Under the pieces are notes generated by a model. It was given only the letters and a program-made list of their open reading frames with translations. It did not search any database and had not been told where the DNA came from. From Octopus sinensis (lineage: Eukaryota), in NCBI RefSeq assembly GCF_006345805.1, contig NC_042998.1, forward strand, positions 38,254,001 through 38,318,000: a stretch of 64,000 bases of DNA. Reading direction: 5' to 3'. Positions within the stretch are counted from its first letter, which is position 1, and each line of letters starts with the position of its first letter. This document shows, piece by piece, positions 29,211 through 42,235 of the stretch. A program made the translations under genes and the position numbers.

Positions 29211-30378
29211 CATCTACAATTTCTTGAGTGGGTAGCGCCGTCCCTGACTCATCTCAGACGCCTACTGTTTTATCTTTGTTATCAACTTTGAAGATTTCGC
29301 ATTTGTAGAGTCAACAACATTGAAGGTATGTAGTTAAAATTGCAGCCGTAAGAAGCGGAGAATATTTCCTGGATAGAGGACCATAACCAGGTCAAAATTG
29401 TATTGCGGGTGAACTCATCACCGGTCCCCATTATCTAGGGCAGTGGACAAGAGGTATAAGGATTTTTTTAGTGCTTGTCACATTGACCATCGCCACTGAT
29501 CTAATGCAACCGTCAATTACAAGACTTGGCGACATAGCACTCACCAATAATTTTCATCCGTCTTCGAGTAGGCAGACAAAAAGAAATTAAAGAACTGAGA
29601 CAAGAACACCAAACCCAAAACCAAAATTTCCTAGCAGTGACTACAGCGGAGCCTGTCCGTCCAATATTGGCCTCGAAAGCCACCCGCGACCTTCCCACCG
29701 ATCTGATTTGCATCCTACGTGAATCATTATACGCAAAGTCAAACCAGTAATGAGTCGTTTGTAAAACAAATTTTATATAATAGGCAAAACTGAAGAAATA
29801 TGACTTCATCAAATTGATATCTGACATTGTTTCAAGTGCTATCATGTAATGGGAAATATTTGGGAGTGTTGGTTTCCTTGCCAGATTTAATAATGTTCAA
29901 TGCTTTTCAATCAATCGTTTTAACTATTCTGTTAACTTTTAAGCATCTTCGAGGTAGTTTATTAAATGGATGACACACTGGTTGTTTCAGTTTACTCAAT
30001 CAGATATCTGTCCAAGGGAAAAATGATAAAACACTCCAAGATTTTACATAAGCGGTGATACTTATCTTTCTCAATGTAGATGCTTTGTTCTGCAGAACAA
30101 AGGAACAAGAAGATTCACAGTATTGTTGAGCCTTTTAATTAGTATCTTTGGAAATAATCACAAAACGATTGTAATTCCGAGCTTGATCTCGTTAAGTTTC
30201 AGAAATATTTGAAACAATTAAGATACTACGAATATGATAAGACAAAATAGTTTTAGTAAATTAAAGTAAGGTCGATAAATGTACTGAAGAGAAAATTTTG
30301 GTGATCAAGTAAAGAAAATAGAAATAATATATTTCTAAATCTCTCAGAGAGATTATTACAGTAGCAGCGCGATAAAGT

Positions 30379-30597
30379 GATAGTATGTTGTCAACTTAAT
30401 GTGACAGTCCCATAAAAGGGAAGAATACTGTTATTTAGCCCTAGGAAACACCATTTCCTGTTGGACTTGACACATTTCCTGTGTCCTTATGTTTTCAAAG
30501 TGTCAAGTCCAACAGGAAACGGTGTTTCCTAGGGCTAAATAGCAGGAGCATTCTTCCCTTTTATGGGACTGTCACATTAAGTTGACAACATGCTATC
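30379..30597. mobile_element. Fold-back MITE with ~95-bp inverted arms
   Basis: gatagtatgttgtcaacttaatgtgacagtccc...ggacttgacac is mirrored by gtgtcaagtcc...gggactgtcacattaagttgacaacatgctatc. One arm recurs at ~35250-35320. Confidence 0.75.
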
Positions 30598-31288
30598 AAG
30601 TAAAGAGAATATTCTGTGGATTTCAGTAACGAGACAACTGAAATAAAAGAATATATGTAAAATTACTAAATCGAAGTTTTTAAAGGGAAAACGTACATTT
30701 GCAAAAGCAGAAATTGCTTTTTTGCATAATAAAAACATTCTTAGTTTATATAATAAAATGATACGTTTTACTATAAAGGAATGTATGAGATATATAACAA
30801 AATATTTTTATGTCATGGAGAAATGTATGAAACATTAAGCTATGGAATGAGGTGAAATTTCGCTTCCTTCCCAATATAACCTCATCAGTCTGATCAAGTT
30901 CGACGAAGTGCTTTTAGACAGGTAAAACCATTAGAATATATTCGTCATTGAAACAGTTTTGGAACTATTACATATCATTTAAACTTTGAAATTAATTGAT
31001 GCATAAATAAATAATTGAGGTCATACTCTTATGTATTTTTCATTCCAACTAGACCCACGAGGATGTTTATGACAGTGTGGTATCTGGATCGAAATGATTG
31101 GTTTTGGTATCTTTATGACTCTACAGAACTGGTTCACTTGACCTCTTCCCTGCAAAATGCTAAGACAAAATTGTACCAAGCAGAAATTGTTTTTCTATTT
31201 TATACAAGTTTTGATGATAATTATTAGAGTTCTGGAAGATAGCGAAAAGTTAGTGTTTTAGGAGTGGAGGTAAGTCATCCCTGATAAT

Positions 31289-31489
31289 CTTTTTCTACTG
31301 TAGGCACAAGACCTGAAATTATGGTGGAAGGGGCAAATCGATTACTTAACTGGTACTTTATTTAATCGACCTCGAAAGGATGAAAAGCAAAGTCGACCTC
31401 GGCGGAATTTGAACTCAGAACGTAACAGCAGACGAAATACTGCTAAGCATTTCGCCCGGCGTGCTACCGTTTCTACCAACTCACCCCCT
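31289..31489 (-). mobile_element. SINE family b with an 18-bp TSD
   Basis: Body gaaaagcaaagtcgacctcggcggaatttgaactcagaacgtaac. TAAGTCATCCCTGATAAT occurs at 31271-31288 and 31490-31507. Confidence 0.9.
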
Positions 31490-33301
31490 TAAGTCATCCC
31501 TGATAATATCAGAGATATGCTACGCCGAATGAAATGAGAGGCATACTATTCATGATGGTCGGCCTAATCCTCATCCCATGCCGCTGTAAAGACACTCGCA
31601 CTCGACATGATAAACTTTTATGGCAATCAGTTTCGTGGTTCATAGCATGTCACAAATATGATGATGCTAATAGGATCAATATCCCAATATTTATTAAATG
31701 TGTGGCGACGCTTCTCGTGACATTCCATATGTTGAGCCCCTAAACCTTTCTGCGCAGTACACTTATAGAAGTGAACTGGTTCGACAGTTCCTCATAATTT
31801 ATCTTCATCTTGCACAGCAAAGGCTTTGAGAGACACGTTTGAAGAGATCCCACACGATAATATTCTATAGTAAAACTGTTTTTTGTTGTTGTTTTTTTTT
31901 TAGTTTAATGGTAACACTTCAAATGTGTCAGAATAACACACGGGATTACAAGCACAGATCCAAATCTAAATTATTATTTGTATTTATATTTCTTGTATGG
32001 AAATATTCTGAACTTGGAAGGAGTCGAAAATGACAGAGATTATCTCTTTTATTTTCCATACAAAGTTGAGTCACAACATTTCGTTTGAATGCTCTGACTC
32101 ATCCTTGCGAAAGAATTGTATTGAAGTCTGTGACACGAAATGATTGCTTTAAAAAATACGTTTTAATGCTGTAATTGTTCTTTATGTTGATGTTAAAAAA
32201 CATTCAACTCGTATTGGGTGACTTTGCAACTAATATTGATGACGAATGGAACGCAAGATGCGAGCAAGATGGATTCTTTATCTTCAAACTGGAGAAGATA
32301 GAGTTAAACAAAATAAGTTAAACAAAATAAATAAAGGTTTTCGAGAAAAAGCTGAAGACATTTTTCTTGAAATTGATCTATTCGTGTCTCTGAAATCTAT
32401 TAAGAAATGGAAACCTTCAGACTTGATATGGATGAAGTGAGAGCTACAAGTAGATATCCAAATTCGAAATAAGGAGACCAACCTAAAGGAACGCTAATTG
32501 TGCATCTTTTCAGATATGAACGATCAGACTAACAGATACTCACTTACAAAGGGAGCTTTTAAAACTGAAGCATGCCTTCCTATTAAGCGCTATGAAATGT
32601 TAGCTCAGTAAACGGGCAGATGCCTACGAAATTAAGGGAAATCTGTTTTCCTTCACTTAAAAATAATTAACAGCAATAAGTGTTGTAAAATATGTAAAAC
32701 GAAATATGCTAAAGACTATTGTAAATATCTTCTTGGTTACAACAAATTCCTCAGTGATAGTCAGTATGTGTGACAAACTCTTTTTCCGATAAGTCAAACT
32801 TTGGTTTTGTTGAAAGTTGAATGGTTTATTGGCATACTGACGACTGATTAAATATGAGTCTCTTTAATTTCTAGGTTATTTTCATAACACAATAAGACAT
32901 CTTCTTAAACTGATATCATATTATAGAGCAATTTTCTTCAATGAAATGCAGCAAATCAGATAAGTAACAAATTTAATTTCAATATATTTTGGGTTAGCTG
33001 AATTGCATTCCTAATATATTTTTTTGACCTGAAGTCTTCAAATATTCTTAAGACGGCATAGTTTATGCAAGTATGTGTCTACGTAAATAAAAATGAACTT
33101 GAAGGAAATAGAGACAGGGGTGACATGAACTTACAATTTCTAGTTAATAACCGCGTATATCACCATGGAGTATTGCTTGTGCATTTGTAATTCATTAATT
33201 CATATTTTTATTTATTTTCTTTCGTGTTTTATAAGAATGTATTCATATATGTTTGAATACATATATGCAGAAATGCACAATAGGCTATGTATTTATGTGT
33301 G

Positions 33302-33424
<123 letters not shown>

Positions 33425-33639
33425 TTCTCTACCTGCGAGAAATTTGAAAACCTTAACTAACAGAACAACCCAGAAGCAAAACTCGCTGTTAGTGTATCTA
33501 TCTATCGCTAGATAGATAGATACATACAGACATACAGACAGACATATATATATATATACATACATTTATATGTACACTTATGTACATTTATATGTACATA
33601 TATGCATACACACGCAGGTGTGTGTTTTTGTGTGTGTAC

Positions 33640-33837
33640 ACGAGGGAGTGCTGAAAAGAAAATACAGGAGGATCAGTTAATTATGATTTTATTCAACATA
33701 TTCCCCTCTCAGATTCACACACTTATTGCAGCGGTCCTTCAATTTTTCAAAACCCCGTAAAAGAACTCAGAATGTTGGTCTCCAAACAGGATTTTCACTA
33801 TAACCTTAAAGCCAAGAACTTTTCAGCACCCCTCGTA
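33640..33837. mobile_element. Mariner-type MITE (~200 bp)
   Basis: Ends cgagggagtgctgaaaag...cttttcagcacccctcg|TA. A partial sister copy lies at ~39373-39500. Confidence 0.75.
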
Positions 33838-34874
33838 TATATTATCAATCGACTAGATGGCCATGTATGTATTTATGTACTTATTCGCAATATTTAATAT
33901 GATATTACGGTTTTATTTTTGACATACTATTCTAATTATTAATATATAAGGTGATTATTTTCTGACTTTCTGACTACCAGTTTCTCAAGTTTAGCTTAGG
34001 GTCAGTTTGTTACATAACCAAATGGTTCACTAATCAGAAGTACAAATCTAAAGTTATAATACAGCGTGCTGTCTACAAATTCCACGGTGGTTCACTTGAG
34101 ATATTTTCGAATTCCTTTTGTCTTTACCATTATATTAATGTCTGCTGGTTTCTGCCACAATTTCTTTTGTCTATCCTAGATTCTTATTTTTAGTTCTTTG
34201 TGTTGATATTTTGAAGAGAAATTGTCAGAGATTTTCTGACAATTGATGCAATGCAATGCCTGATGGTCACAAAATACAGTCGGATTCTCTCAAATATATT
34301 TGTTGCATTCAAAGTCTATTTGAATCTGCCTCCTTGTTTTCATTTTAACTAAAGTTACACAATATGCTATTAATGAGAAGATGTCTGCCAGTACTTGGTG
34401 CTTGCCGAGTTTTGCCAACAATGGCTCGTTTCTCATTTAGATTCCAGTTGGATAATCGAAGGGTCAGTCTAAATGCTGGTACAGCAAACAGAATGTAGGG
34501 CACTGTTTATCGTATGCGCTGCTCCTAGAATCATATTTTCCCATTAATGTGCAATAGTTCATAGTTTCATGGGTTTTTTTTTACATGTATCATCAGTAGA
34601 CATATTTTCATCCATCCCTTCATAGCAGTACACTCCACATCCGGTGGTAGAGAATTAGTCTGTTTTTATGTAGCAACAAGCAATTGACTAGCGTTTAGTT
34701 TTACTCCTTTTATAGTTTCATAAGAACATTCATCTTTCAAGAAATCTATTTCTATTTCTTGAAAGGACTGAACCGGGTTAATACGCTTTTAAATATCTTT
34801 CGAATTTTCGTATATCTCTAGGTCCTCTACAATGATGTGTTGGGCCCAAGTTTCTGAATCCCAATGAGACAATT

Positions 34875-35090
34875 CTTTTCTTTTCTACTCTAGGCACAAG
34901 GCCCGAAAGTTTGGGGGAAGAGGCCAGTCGATTACATAGACCCCAGTACTTAACTGATACTTAATTTACCGACCTCGAATGGATGAAAGGCAAAGTCGAC
35001 CTCGGCGGAATTTGAACTCAGAACGTAACTGCAGACGAAATACCGCTAAGCATTTCGCCCGGCGTGCTAACGTTTCTGCCAGCTCACCAG
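34875..35090 (-). mobile_element. SINE family b with a 10-bp TSD
   Basis: Same body as 31289-31489. TGAGACAATT occurs at 34865-34874 and 35091-35100. Confidence 0.88.
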
Positions 35091-35751
35091 TGAGACAATT
35101 ACAGACTGCTCAAATATCTATAACAAACCCAGCTTTCAGAGACTAGTTTCTGAGTCATTGCTCGTCTTCAGTCTGGAGTAACATGGCTTGCTAGTTGGAG
35201 ATGCCTATCTAGCCCTTGTAAACATAAGAATACAGGAAAGTGTTGTTGCTTCCTAGGGCTAAATAGCAGTACTATTATTCCCTTCATGGGACTGTCACAT
35301 TAAGTTGACAGCATACAACTACTTTATCATACCACTACTGCATAAATCTCTTATATATTTAAAGGTAAAATTCCAAGGGTTAAGGGAAATGTTTTTGTAT
35401 CACATGGATAAATTAAGAAATGGAATCAAACGCAGGTGTTCTTCAAATCATTTATACTTCCATTCCAACATATGTTTCGAAAAAAGCTTTGAGATTATTT
35501 CGCAGGGAATAAACATGTAAAACAATGTAATCATCTCATCTTTATTCCCTCCGGAAAAATCTCACTGCGTTTTTCGAAATATATGTCAGAACAATAAGTG
35601 ATTTGAACAACACCTGCGTTCGCCTCCATTATATATATAACCGATTGATTGTTAAACCGGCACATTAAACAAACGATAAATTAATTATCTGGTTAGAAAT
35701 ATAACCAATTTTACTAACAATAAAGAAGTGGTATTGAACCAGTGCGTGTTC

Positions 35752-35828
<77 letters not shown>

Positions 35829-35928
35829 TTATTATTAATTTTTATTATTATTATTATTATTATTATCATTATTATTATTAATATTATTATTATTATTATT
35901 ATTATTATTATCATTATTATTATTATTG
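35752..35928 (+). repeat. (ATT)n microsatellite
   Basis: Directly visible; it explains the poly-Ile ORFs. Confidence 0.95.
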
Positions 35929-36714
35929 GCATAATGACCCTCCCAAAACACAAGATTTGTTTCAACACACGAATTCACATCAAGAATCTTGCAACCAAAT
36001 GCAAAAACGAATTATGTGGAAACTTTTCCCTGATTTTCCATTTTCCCCTTATTTTTCCCACTTATTTACGAAAATTTCGCAAATTCTTAATTCCTCATTT
36101 TCCATGGACAATTTTCGTCTCTTCTCTCCTTTGCTTCTTAATATCACTCTCCTTCTCATGTCTTTTTTTTTTCTCAACTGATTTCCGACAAGAATCTTCT
36201 CTTTCTATACGATTTCCTCACCTTCTCCTTATTCTATTTCCTTCCATTTTCATTTCTCTTCTGTCTATCCTATCTCTTGATAATTTCTGTGTTTATGCTT
36301 TTCTTTCACACTCACGTGCTTCCTTTCTACTTTCTCTTCTCATTCACCCTACACCATTCAACATACCTACTCGCACGCAAACATATACAGAGCATCGACG
36401 CACATTTACTCGAAAGATCAAGGCTACCATTCAGTAAAACGCTGAAAACGTTTAAAAAGCAGGCTATATATATTTATTCAAACATCGACCTTTCACCAAA
36501 TATAGTTTATTTCTGAGAAATAATACACAATACTACTTATAATAATAATTAATACAACAATAGATGGTAAGAAATAAAACATCTCTTTCAGAGAAGGATT
36601 AAGGAAACGAGAGATAGGAAGGAAGAAAAAGATATAGCATCTCACATAACTTGTCTCACGATTGAGCTACAACGAATGCTTAGTTATATGTTCTTTGTAA
36701 TATATATAATATAC

Positions 36715-36813
<99 letters not shown>

Positions 36814-36872
36814 AAAAATTGTAAGACAACAAAAGAAAGAAGAGACCTCGATATTATGTAAATAGAGGAATT

Positions 36873-36968
36873 TATCTGTAAATGTAATATGTGACAATTA
36901 TTCGGTAGCCATGATAAAACTCCGAGTTTTATCATGGCTACCGAATAATTGTCACATATTACATTTAC

Positions 36969-36973
<5 letters not shown>
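36873..36973. repeat. Perfect 50-bp-arm palindrome with a 1-nt centre
   Basis: 36873-36922 is the exact reverse complement of 36924-36973, and the pair lies between (TA)n tracts. Confidence 0.9.
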
Positions 36974-37019
<46 letters not shown>

Positions 37020-37077
37020 AAACTATGAAGATGTACAAGTTATTGCTTATTCTATTTACTAATTCAAAATAATGAAG

Positions 37078-37964
37078 TACGTTGTCTTATTAATAAGTAT
37101 CCGGTCTGTTGCCATAGTAACGAGGCTAAAATACGCAGAGGGAAGCCGCCTGGCACAGATTAACCTTGAACTCCATTGTGCATGCGCGCCAAGGTTTAAT
37201 GTTCTAGCTCACTTCCGCTGTTTACAGCAGTGCTTGGAAGGAACGTGAGTAGCATGTGATCGTTGCATTGACCATGACAAAATTGAGCAGAGAATCTCCA
37301 TAAAAGTTTGCCAAATGCCTGGCAATACCTGCTTAGAGGCCTAAGCAAAGTTTTCAAAAATTTTCATCGTTCTCGATACAATCAAGGAGATCTTGTGCAA
37401 CAGAAACCCGAGTTTCTTTTTGGTCAAATGAAAGCAGTTTCGGCACAAACTTGGCAGACATGTGTCCCATACCCAAATCTTCTGTAATAATGGACTGCAC
37501 TGAACCGTAATTAATCTGCACATCCTCTTATAACTCACGGATGGTAATTCCACGATTTCCCCTCACACCTGCACACACATCTGAGATGTTTTTCTCAGTT
37601 CTGCTGATTGCGGGTCTCCCAGGACGTTCGTCAATATTGACATTTTTTCTACCATCTTTGAAACGTCTGAATCACTCGTACACTTGTGTGTGACTCATAC
37701 ACTCCTCTCCATACACTTTCTGAAACTTTGCGTAGGCCTTTGAGTGGGTATCGTCATGACAGCTTTGTCTGTCATGCTTCGATCACACGCTACACAGGTT
37801 CCTTACAAGCACTGCTGTGAACAGCAGAAGTGAGCAAGAATTTTAAAGCCGTGTGCGCATCCACAGCAGAGTTCAAGGTCAATCTCTGCTCACTAGCTAT
37901 ACTCTGGTTGCTTTAGCGTCCTTACTATGGATATAGTCCGGATACGTCTTCATCAGATCTCGTA
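37078..37964 (-). mobile_element. Second copy of the same mariner derivative, opposite orientation
   Basis: Same inverted ends (ataagtatccgg..ccatagtaacg), same HTH remnant on the minus strand, and same internal junction agaggcct(a/c)..gcaaagttttcaaaaa. Confidence 0.8.
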
Positions 37965-39910
37965 TTATTAAGTAACACGAAGAATGCAGGAGCAGAAGTG
38001 ATAATATACTTGATCGACAGAACCGATGAAAAGCACAACTCAGGAAGTGGAATCTTTGAAATATTCCAACTGAATTTGAATTCAAATTTTAAAATTTCAT
38101 TCTTGACTTCTTTAAACAAACCTCCATCCCGAAAGTGCTCAAAAATTAATTTTTTTCTCCCTCTGATTCAGCATAAATCATTGGGTAACATATCAATTAG
38201 ACATGATTTTTTTAGGTTTTCAATAAGGGAAGGAACATTTGACTCTTCTTTCTATTCGACATCCAGCCCCGAAACGTATGTTATAGAAATTCCTATTACA
38301 GTTTCAATTACAATAGATTTAAGCTTCCACTTTTTGTTCTATAATTTTCCAGTGTCATTTAATTAAGATTATTATTACTCTTACGCCTGTATTTTCCCTG
38401 TTTCTCCACTCATTTTAGTTCTTTCTATTTTTTTACAGACTAAAGAATGCTACCAAGACATTCTCAAAAGCAAAATGAAAACTTTTTTTTTTTTCAAAAT
38501 CTTAAACCATTGCCAACAGCTAAATTTTATAAACTAAGAAATAATTTATATAAAAATTCATTCATATAAGGAAATCGAACGAAGAAATGAAATGCAATAA
38601 GGTGCAGTAAATGAATTTCAGAATTCGATGATCCCAATCAAGAAGCAGGACAGCAAACACGAGTCGACCAGTTTGAGGCAGGAATGGTTTGATGATATTC
38701 ACACTCTAGAGGAACACAGCTCGACACTTCACATAGATCAGACCCGAGATTCATTCGGTGCCAACATGAAAATCAACGCCTATTATTATCAATGTAATCA
38801 TGTCTTCTACGTTGTCAGCTAGTAGTTTGTTTGGCTCCTTCCTTGCTGCCGATTATGATGATCAGAAGAGTGGTATAAAAAAAAACCAACAGATGCATAA
38901 CATTAAACAAATATGGAAAACAATTTATACGATCGCAATTTACCAAAGCAAAACACAAATTTTATAAACATTTTTATATTTCTTAAAAACGTTCTGAAGG
39001 TTCATTTGCTCCATTCGTATTCAAATGCAGATATTCAGGTTTTTTTAAATATATAAAATAAATCTTTTTTTACATATAAGTTTAAGAATAATAAACTTTT
39101 CCTGCTTAATTCCATTAATTTATTCAATTTTTGATATATTTCTAAATCGCTTTGATATTTCTTAATTATTTAAGGTTTTAGATAATTAATTAGATAAGCA
39201 TAAATATTAATTTGATATAAAGTAGGAATTTGTTACTTGCTTTTACAAAGCTATCAATGTCCCAAGATTTGTAGGTGATCACCTTTGAATTCAACCTCTT
39301 TTTACTCCATAAGCTTTTTTGTTTTTTGTTGTTTTACGAGGTTTCTAGAATTAGATCCCTCATATTAAGGAAGGGGTGCTGAAAAGTTCCTGGCTTTCAG
39401 TAAAAGAATCAGAGGATTAATTAATTAATTACGATTTTATTCAACACATCCCCCTCTCAAACTCACACTTATTGCAGCGGTTCTTCAGTTTCACATTCTT
39501 GTCGATAGTAAACTGAACCGAACATGAAATAGTTGTTCAGTAGGATGAATTTCAGCCAGTGTCCAAGCAAACAAAAAAACGTATTTACAGACCTTATGGC
39601 CATTTCAGGGGTTCATCAACGTAGTCAATGCACAGGGGTGCATTACGGTAATGACTCCTTCGTCAGGGGAAAATAATAACACCATATACCAAGACGAGAC
39701 TTCTTTGGGAAAAGCGATGCAACACTGCATGGTTTCTTTTTTAAGAGATCATGCTCAGACCAGTCCAAATATTCAAAAATTATTTAACCCGAAAAAAGAA
39801 AAAGTAAAAAGAGAAAAAACTCATTTACTTCAGCACTTCTCTTGCAATCCTATTAACCCTCTTGTTCCTAATAAGAAACAATCACTATTATTATTGATAT
39901 ATATATATAT

Positions 39911-39956
<46 letters not shown>

Positions 39957-40527
39957 GAAAGAAGGTTTGAAAATGCAATTTTAAAAGATGTTTATTTACT
40001 TTACCGGTTTCACTCTTTCGAAAAAGGTTGTCAAAAGTAACATGTAGAAGTTTGGTTGCGTTAATTATTGGTTGTTAAAAAAATGCTACATTACATATAT
40101 ACAGTCTTTGGTAACAAGGACATGTTAAGGACATAAAAATGTTTAACAAGTTCCTTAAAATATTGGGCACAAAATATTACAACATAAATATACATTCTCA
40201 GAACATGTTAAAGATAGTTTCCAGAAGGAATTATTAAAAGGTTCAGTGGGATATTGGTATTGTATCTGTATATTCAAACACGCACAGAATATTGGTTGAC
40301 ACAGAGTACTACAATACATATATATACATTCTTTGGTGACAAGAGCATGTTAAGAACCTAAAAAGGTTTAGCAAGTTCATTGAAATATTGGGCTCAAAAG
40401 ATTACAACAAATATATTATACATTCTCAAGATAATTTCCAGAAGGAATTATTAAAAGATTCAGTGGAATATTGGTATACACGCACAGAATATTATAAGTT
40501 CAAAAAGGTTTGTATTATAATAGTAGG

Positions 40528-40648
<121 letters not shown>

Positions 40649-40651
40649 GTA

Positions 40652-40687
<36 letters not shown>

Positions 40688-41912
40688 TGTATGTATGTAT
40701 AACGGTATGTGTATGTATATCTACGTGTGTGTATGTGTATATATATATATGTGTGTGTGTGTGTGTTTATCTTTAAGTTTTGTCATCTTAATCAATATTA
40801 CAATAATGAATTGGAAAATTAGTTGCTAGTGGATTAATTCAGAATTCGATTCCTTTTAATGCTATTCTTGTAGTTACTATTATATACATCTTTATATTAG
40901 TATTAATATTAATTACATATCACAAATAAGATGTCTTCATTATTCTAAATGAATATATGTATAAATACAGTCATTTTATTTATTTATTAATTGATGATAA
41001 TTTTAATTATGATAATAATAGGTAAATAGTTTTATTTGACTTAATAAATAAATTTAATAACCAAAATAATTATTATAGATTTTATACTTTATAACTCGTA
41101 TTTTTATTACAACAATATTATTTTGTTAATTCTGAAAGAATTAATAAAATTTGTATATATACTATTCATAGTCATTTAATTTTAAAATAATAATATTAAT
41201 TATTTTATCGTGAGCAATCCTTAATACTTGTTTTGTTACTTAATTTGTACTTATTTACAGAGTTCTCCCTTCCATAATATACGAATAATAATCCTTATTT
41301 AAGTAACTCCAAATCCGGTTACTTCTAAAGAAAATAGTATTATGTTTATATCCATTATTATCGCCTAACTCTGTATCTATGGGGTATTTAGGTTATAGTG
41401 TTTACAGCCATATGTTTATCTTCATATTTATTACAGAATTCTCCCTACGATAAATTAAGTAAACAAAGTAAATTTTTTTATTAGGTTTCTATTCATAATT
41501 ATTACGGAATTATCCCTCCGATAAACAATAATTACAGAACATTCCAATTAATTACTGTAAACAATATTGTTTTTTATATCAATAGCTTTAAATAAATAGA
41601 AGAGTCATTACATATTAAAGATATAATTAACATTTGTATATTTTTTACACGTTTTATTACAGTTCTGGATAAAGCAAGACCCTGATAATTAATTATATAC
41701 ACATATATTATTGTTGTATGTTAGAATAGCGAAAGATTCCCTTAGACATAAACAAGTTTGGATTAATATTTTTTGAGATATATAGAAATATATTTCGATA
41801 TATTTATAAAGGATCAACAGAACAATCACTCCATCCAGTGAGAAATAAATCTCATTTGAATACTACAAATAGTTCCATTGCATATATATCATATAATACA
41901 CAGAGTATATAA

Positions 41913-42127
41913 GGCGGCGACAGGCTTGCAGCATCGTAGCATGCCATGGAAAGGCTGAGCGGCATTTCGTCTGTCTTTACGTTCTGTTTTCAAATTCTAC
42001 CGAGGTCAACTTTGCCTTTCATCCTTTCGACAACAGTAAAATAAGTCCAATTTGAGCAGTGTCGTTGATATAATCGAATTACCTACTTCCCCCGATATTG
42101 CTGACCTTGTGCCAAAATTTAAAACCT
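41913..42127 (+). mobile_element. SINE family b, diverged
   Basis: caaattctaccgaggtcaactttgcctttcatcctttcg...ttgtgccaaaatttaaaac. Confidence 0.7.
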
Positions 42128-42162
42128 ATATACTATGCATACAAATATGTAAGTATATATAG

Positions 42163-42235
<73 letters not shown>

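Noticed and set aside
29540-29750. Short plus-strand frame resembling a gag-like fragment
   Set aside because: No LTR, primer-binding site or pol motifs nearby; the resemblance is too weak.
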